Assembly (NCBI GenBank): GCA_025558095.1
Contig: JAIVFI010000016.1
Coordinates: 558,001-622,000 of the forward strand
Reading direction: 5' to 3'
Origin: Hyaloraphidium curvatum SAG 235-1
Taxonomy: Eukaryota > Fungi > Monoblepharomycota
DNA: 64,000 bases
Positions 58,706 through 64,000 of this stretch are shown here, one piece after another. The notes under the pieces were generated by a model. The model saw nothing but the letters and a program-made list of their open reading frames with translations. It searched no databases and was not told the origin of the DNA. The translations under genes were made by a program, and so were the position numbers. How positions within the stretch are numbered: the stretch's first letter is position 1; every line of letters begins with the position of its first letter.

Positions 58706-59098
58706 TCAGACCTTCATCGCGTCGGCCGCCCACTTCGTGAACAGCGCGGCGTCAAAGTACTCTTCTCCGACCAGGATCCTGTCGCCGGCCTCGTTCAGCG
58801 AGCACACCAGGGCAATGTCCACCTCTGCTTTGGCCCCATTCTTGGCCTCCAGCGTCATCACGTGCTGCAGCACGAACCCGTTGTCCAGCTCCCTGATCCG
58901 CGGGTTCGCAAACAGCACCGATTTGGTTGCGCCCGAGAGCCACTTAATTCCGGCGATGTTCTCCTCCAGGTTCTGCCACTTGCGGTCGCTGCAGTGCCAA
59001 ATCTTCACGTCGGGGTCGTAGACGGACGAGCGCACCGCCTCGACGTCGCCGGATTCGATGGCGGCGATGAATCGCTTCGCGACTTCGGTCGGGCTCAT
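58706..59098 (-). CDS. SnoaL/NTF2-like protein, intronless
   Basis: RFIAAIESGDVEAV..Y.PDVKIWH...GFVLQH...EEYFD pattern. Confidence 0.8.
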   Translation of the reverse strand: MSPTEVAKRFIAAIESGDVEAVRSSVYDPDVKIWHCSDRKWQNLEENIAGIKWLSGATKSVLFANPRIRELDNGFVLQHVMTLEAKNGAKAEVDIALVCSLNEAGDRILVGEEYFDAALFTKWAADAMKV

Positions 59099-59517
59099 TG
59101 GCGACGCGTTCGCGCGAACACGGGACTCCTCCGCTCGTTCAAGCTCGTGCGTCTTTCCCGCAAAGTAGGGAGGGCAACGCTTCTATCGAGGTTGCGGGCC
59201 GGGAGTGTTGGCTGCGGGGAAAGTGTGGCGGGTGGGAGACAGACTCACGGCCGGGTCCAGTCAGCAATCAGCTCCTTGCCGTTTCGTGTCGACTCGTCTG
59301 TCCATCAGCATCAAGGACAAGATCAATGGAAATAAAGGGCCGACCTGCGCCCTCGCCCACCCATGGGCACCTTCCTGCGCACCGCTTACAAGAGCAGAGC
59401 GCTTCCCGCTCGCAGCCGGTGGGTTCCGCGATTCAAAAGACAATATCGGTGGGTTCCATGCGATGTGATCAATCATGTTCGAACTCTGATACACTCCAAT
59501 ACGATCGCGGCTAGCGC

Positions 59518-60723
59518 CTAAACGGATGGACAGAAGCTCTCGACCGTGAAGAATATGCCCAGGCCCCTCAACACGCTCCACAGCCCGACGCAGAGCGTCA
59601 CCAGAGTCACCAGCAACCCCCTGGCGGTTCCGTACGTCACCTCGAACCCCAGAACCCTCCCCCGCAACTCCGACACCTCAAGGAACGACGCCAGCACGGC
59701 TTCGTGCCGCCTCAAGGGCCCGGAGGGGTCGTTGGCGGTGAGCACGCGGATCTCGCGGAGGGCGTCGTGGTACAGGGCAACGACGGAGGGGATGGCCGCG
59801 TTGCGGGCGGGGAGGTTGAATATGTTCACGAACATGTAGACGAGGTAGAGGAGGAAGGTGATGGTGTACCAAGCGAGAATGCACCGGCCGGTTGACTGCA
59901 GAGGAGGGCGGTGAGCTGGAATACCACAAGGCGGTCGAGGCCTGGCCAGAAGCACGTACAATAGTAGGGATGGCGCATAGAAAAAGGAAGGGGAAAACGG
60001 TGAATATGATGAGCTGGCTGGCAAATGCAAGGTCCTGGTTCGCGCGTGCTTTCCATTGTCGCATCAGCAGGTAATGCAGGCGGACACAGAGCTCCGAGGA
60101 TGCGACTGGCTGCACGACCACAGGCTCGGCATGCGGTTTCATATCGGCATCCTTGTTCAGTGCGTGCCGTAGCGCGATGCGCATAGTTTGCCTCTGTAGA
60201 CGTTCCTCCAGCCCATAGTACGCCATGTTGCCAATCGCAGGCATCCTTCCGAATACCAAGAAAACGTTGTATAGCACTTTGACGGCAACCCATGCGGCAA
60301 AGAGGAGTCAGCCCCACCACGCAGAGAAGAGGCGCGGAGCGAAAGTTGCGCACGTCGTGTAGCAAATCAACAGCTCGGACGTGAGCGCAGGAGCCAAATA
60401 TGCAATTGCTGCACTTCGCGCCCTACGCGTCACGACCAACTCGCTAACGATGTGGCCTGCGAGTGAGGGAAGCTGAGGTCCTGAAAATTGTGCGCCAACC
60501 GGCCCCGATCGTGTCCGTGACCGGGGCCGGCGGGGTCCTCAGCCGTGCGGCCGCTGCGCGCCTCGGCGTCGGTGAAGCAGTCGAGAGGCGGCGGCGGCGT
60601 CGGGAATAGCACCGTCCACTCCGCAGGCGTGAAATCGTCCGGGAGGCTCTTCCCCGCGTCTGCGGCCCCGTCTTCCATCTCGACCGCAGACGCGTCTCGC
60701 ACATCAAGGAGATTGTCGGCCAT
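59518..60723 (-). pseudogene. 7-TM receptor-like family copy 3, with internal deletion and nonsense codon (intron 59896-59959)
   Basis: The N-terminus FTPAEW...EDPAG runs to a stop at 60430. The TM1-2/Cys region is missing, there is an in-frame TGA at 60308-60310 (FSAWWG*LLF), and the C-terminus GRVLGFEVTYGTARGLLVTLVTLCVGLWSVL...SFCP is intact. Confidence 0.75.
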
Positions 60724-60986
60724 TGTCGTCTCGTAAGGGATCGAGACTATCTCCGGCCCGCAGGGGGTAGCTTTGGGGGACGGGCGGCGATGGAATAGGC
60801 CCGGAACGTTCGATTCGACGCGTCTCCGGCGCCAACCAGTCCGAAAAGTCGCCTTGTAACGTAACCTCGCAAGTTTTTCATCGTGCGTTTGGGAGATAGT
60901 AAAATCGAAGCACCTATGGCGATGCATTTTCGGGCAGGCCGCACGCAGCGGGATAACCTGCGAAGCTCGCATCCACACCGAACGAC

Positions 60987-62151
60987 CTAGAGCTTGAGCA
61001 GCGCCTCGTCCCACCCCCCGAACCCCTTCTCCCTGATCCACCCCTCCGTCAGCTTCCACAGCCTCTCGGCATCCGCCGCCGCCATGCGCTCCGGGGGCTT
61101 GGTCGCGCTCACGCTGCAGTCCTCGAGGTACGCACCGCCTTTGGCGTCCAGGGGCTTGTGCAGCGCGGCGTAGATGGTCGTCGAGGCGCCCTCGGAGGTG
61201 GTCTTGAAGCCGTCCCTGGGGGTCACACCGTCCCTGACACGACCAGCTCCAAGTCAGCGGGAATCCGACCGCGCGACGCGGGACGACGCACTCCTTGAAC
61301 CACCCCATGGCAACCTGCTCCTCGTGCTTCAGGTGCTTCTGCAGCCCGGTCATGATCCCGCCCGGGTGAAGCGAGTAGGCATGGATCCCGCGGTCGGCGA
61401 GCAACCGGTCCAGCTGCACGGCCATGAGGATGTTGGCGCTCTTGGACTGCCCGTACGAGGTCCACCTCTGCAAAATCGGATGGGCATCAGCCGTAGAAAG
61501 CGAGAGGGCGTGAAAGGGCCCACGTCGTACGACTTCTTGAGCATGGGATCGTCCCACACGATCCCGGAGCGCATGTGCCCGATGGACGAGACGGCAACGA
61601 TCCGTCCGCCCTTCTTGACGTGGCTGGCCAGCAACATTGTCAGGTACTGGTGCGCGACGTGGTTGGTCCCGAGCTGGGCCTGCCGCGGAGTTCAGCGAAC
61701 GCGCCGGCTGGACGCGGCGGTGTTCACCGACCTCGAACCCGTCGGCGGTCTCCTCCCGCTCGCGCAAAGCCATGATCCCGGCGTTCAAGATCAGGTAATC
61801 GATCCCGCCGTGCTCCTTGACCAGCGGCTCGACGTCCTTTGCAAACTCCCTGACCGCCGCGAGCGAGTTGAGGTCCAGCTTCCGGAACTCTGCCCCGCCC
61901 TTGCTCCCGGCCTTCTTGCAGTCCGCGTTGACCTCGTCGACCACCTTGCCCGCGGCCTCGGCGTTGCGCGCAGCCACGACGACGTGCGAGCCGTGCACCG
62001 CCAGCGCGCGGACCGTTTCCACACCGATCCCGGAGGCGCCGCCCGTGACGATCGAGAGCGTGTTTTCGAGGCCCGAGTTCTCGGAGCCGAGCTCGCCGGT
62101 GGCGACGACGGACGCGTCGGTCTTGGCAGGGAACGAGCGGATCTCGGCCAT
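60987..62151 (-). CDS. SDR, retinol-dehydrogenase/WWOX-like, multi-exon
   Basis: TGGASGIG, LILNAGIM, GTNH, VSSIGH, YGQSK, LHPGGIMTGLQ, GASTT and AERLWKLT motifs. Confidence 0.88.
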
Positions 62152-62420
62152 CTTGTGGAGATGAAGAGGTGTGGAAAGCGGTCCGAGGGCGCTGTTTCGA
62201 GAGAACCAGAGTTAAGGAAGTCGGAGCAGAGAGATTCGTAACTCCTACCGGTTCAGGCGGCCGGGGGAGACAGAGGGAGGGGAGGCGGCCCAACCGATTC
62301 TTGCGTGGCGTCACGGTAAACAAACAGCTCGTCGGCCATCGCGCGCCCATCGCTTCGTCCAGCGACGTCTCCGGCACCCGATCAACCTTATTTCATCTAT
62401 TTCAGACGGCGCCCCACGCG

Positions 62421-63765
62421 ATGACGCGCCCCGAACCCCCGCTCGGCCACCCGCCGCTCTCCGCGGTCGCCCCCGACGCGTCCGCCACGCTCGCCCGCCT
62501 GCGCGACACCTTCTACGCCGCATGCGACCGCCATCTCGCCCGCACCTTTCTCATCTCTCAGGGCGCCGCGAGCTCGCTCCCCGCGGAGCTGCACGCGCTC
62601 GTTTCGAGCCTGCCGGACTTCAGCCTGCCGTTCCACCCCTTCTCGCGGCCGGGGCAGGCCACCATCGGCCTCTGGACCGCGCTGTGCGATCCGCCGATGC
62701 TGAAGCAGTTCGGGCGGGCGGCGATGGATGCCGCCGGGCGGGCGCGGGAGGCGGCCCGGGGGGCCGAAGGCGCGGTGGTCGAGGCCGCGGAGGGGGTCGG
62801 CAGGCGGAGGGCGGATCTGTGGGCGGTGGCGATGATGTGTGCGCGGGTGGACGCGTGGGGTGTGTGGAAGGAGTGGAGGTGGTGGACCGTGGCGGTGGCC
62901 GATTTCGGTGGGCCTCTTCGGCGTCTCGTTCCCCGGCGTTGCTGATTCTTTGCCCCGCATTCAAAGCATTCGCGGTCTCACAACACCCCGAATCCCATCC
63001 CGCCGCCATGCTCCTGTACCCCCTTGTGTTTGACTTCTACCTCCTCGACCCGCTCGGCCTGGACCGGTCTCCGGCGCACGTGCCGACCTACCGCGCGGGC
63101 CTGGCGTCGTTCGCCAGGGGTGTGTGCCAGGTACTCGCGGTGAGGGGGACGGAGGGGGACGAGGCGCCGTGGAAGGAGATGGTCGACGTTGGTTGCCCGC
63201 CCTGCTCCACATGGGGCTGCCTGACCGCCCTTGCCTCCCAACCAGGCATCCATCACCCGCCTCCTCTCGGACAGTATCGCACCCTCGGATCTGCCCGCGA
63301 CCACCGTCCCCCTCCTCCGCTTGGATTTCGCCCGCGCCCTCGCGCGTCTCGGCGACGCCCCCGCAGCTCTGGCGCAGCTCGACCTTGTATCCGGCGACGC
63401 GGGGCTGGAAGCGCGGGCGGCGGAGATGAAGGGGAAGATCGAGGCGGGGGAGGATCTCGGGGGGCTGGGAGCGGCAGAGGGCGTGGGGCAGGATGGGGAG
63501 CTGGTTGAAGTGGACCGGGAGGCGGCGAAGGAGTTGCAGGCCGCTGCGGCGGAGGAACCGCTTTGCGGTTGGTCTCGTTCGATTTCGTTCGGACCTCGGC
63601 CGCTCACCCCCAATCCGTCCAGCCTGCCCCTCGTGCGACACCCCGAACCGCGGGGCTGGAACCCCCCTTCTCCGCTGCTCGAGGTGCAAGAAGGCCCGGT
63701 ACTGCTCGCAGAAGTGCCAACAGGCGCATTGGAAGGCGCACAAGGGCGGGTGCAGGGCCGAGTGA
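62421..63765 (+). CDS. MYND zinc-finger protein, multi-exon
   Basis: Terminal LRCSRCKKARYCSQKCQQAHWKAHKGGC. Upstream exons are joined by GT-AG introns near 62908-62967, 63188-63245 and 63568-63622. Confidence 0.7.
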
Positions 63766-64000
63766 TGGCTGGCTGTGCCGGGGGTCCGAAGTGGTGGGGA
63801 GGGGGGGCGGGGGCGGAGAAGGCCGGGGCCTGGCAGGGGTGTCGCACGGGAGGTGATGCGAGCGGGAGAGGGTGTGCCGAATGCCCTATAGGGAGTGAAG
63901 CTGTTGGCCGGCTGCTTGGCGATCCCAAATATGGAGTCCGTATCGGACCCTACTCCGGAAAGCACCGCATCCGACGCTCTGAGCGGGACGATCGATCCGG

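Noticed and set aside
60430-62151. 573-aa SDR fusion ORF
   Set aside because: Chance read-through of SDR introns and intergenic DNA into the start of the receptor pseudogene. The SDR ends at 60987.
1-64000. Interpretation as a high-GC bacterial genome with operons
   Set aside because: Spliceosomal introns, Zn2Cys6, MYND, BTB and C2CD5 genes show eukaryotic DNA.
63766-64000. Possible 3' end of a minus-strand gene
   Set aside because: Truncated by the window edge and no recognisable motif.

Overview
High-GC, gene-dense eukaryotic (fungal) DNA. Short GT-AG introns (about 55-75 nt, GTGGGT/GTGAGT/GTAAG donors, CTGAC/CTAAC-type branch points) and a Gal4-type Zn2Cys6 factor point to a fungus. An early-diverging, chytrid-grade lineage such as a monoblepharid is my inference only. 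About 35 protein-coding genes are present, mostly metabolic and redox enzymes, several of them intronless and bacterial-like (fluoroacetate-dehalogenase-like hydrolase, GH110-like beta-helix protein, PEP-mutase/ICL-family enzyme, EEP, SnoaL proteins). Two systems stand out. (1) A 7-TM membrane protein family whose topology and C-terminus resemble the insect odorant/gustatory receptor-DUF3537 (7TMIC) superfamily. It has two intact copies (43573-45136, 49828-51351) and three decayed copies (59518-60723 and two remnants hidden in 'intergenic' DNA at 28652-28801 and about 56830-56975), which suggests birth-and-death turnover. (2) A head-to-head inverted pair of giant secreted modular genes (32117-37097 and 38178-43453; beta-propellers, S/T stalks, P-domain-like tail) with a mosaic of near-identical and highly divergent segments, next to a third secreted P-domain gene. 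No rRNA, tRNA, CRISPR array or transposase was recognised. All assignments come from reading motifs by eye; no searches were run.
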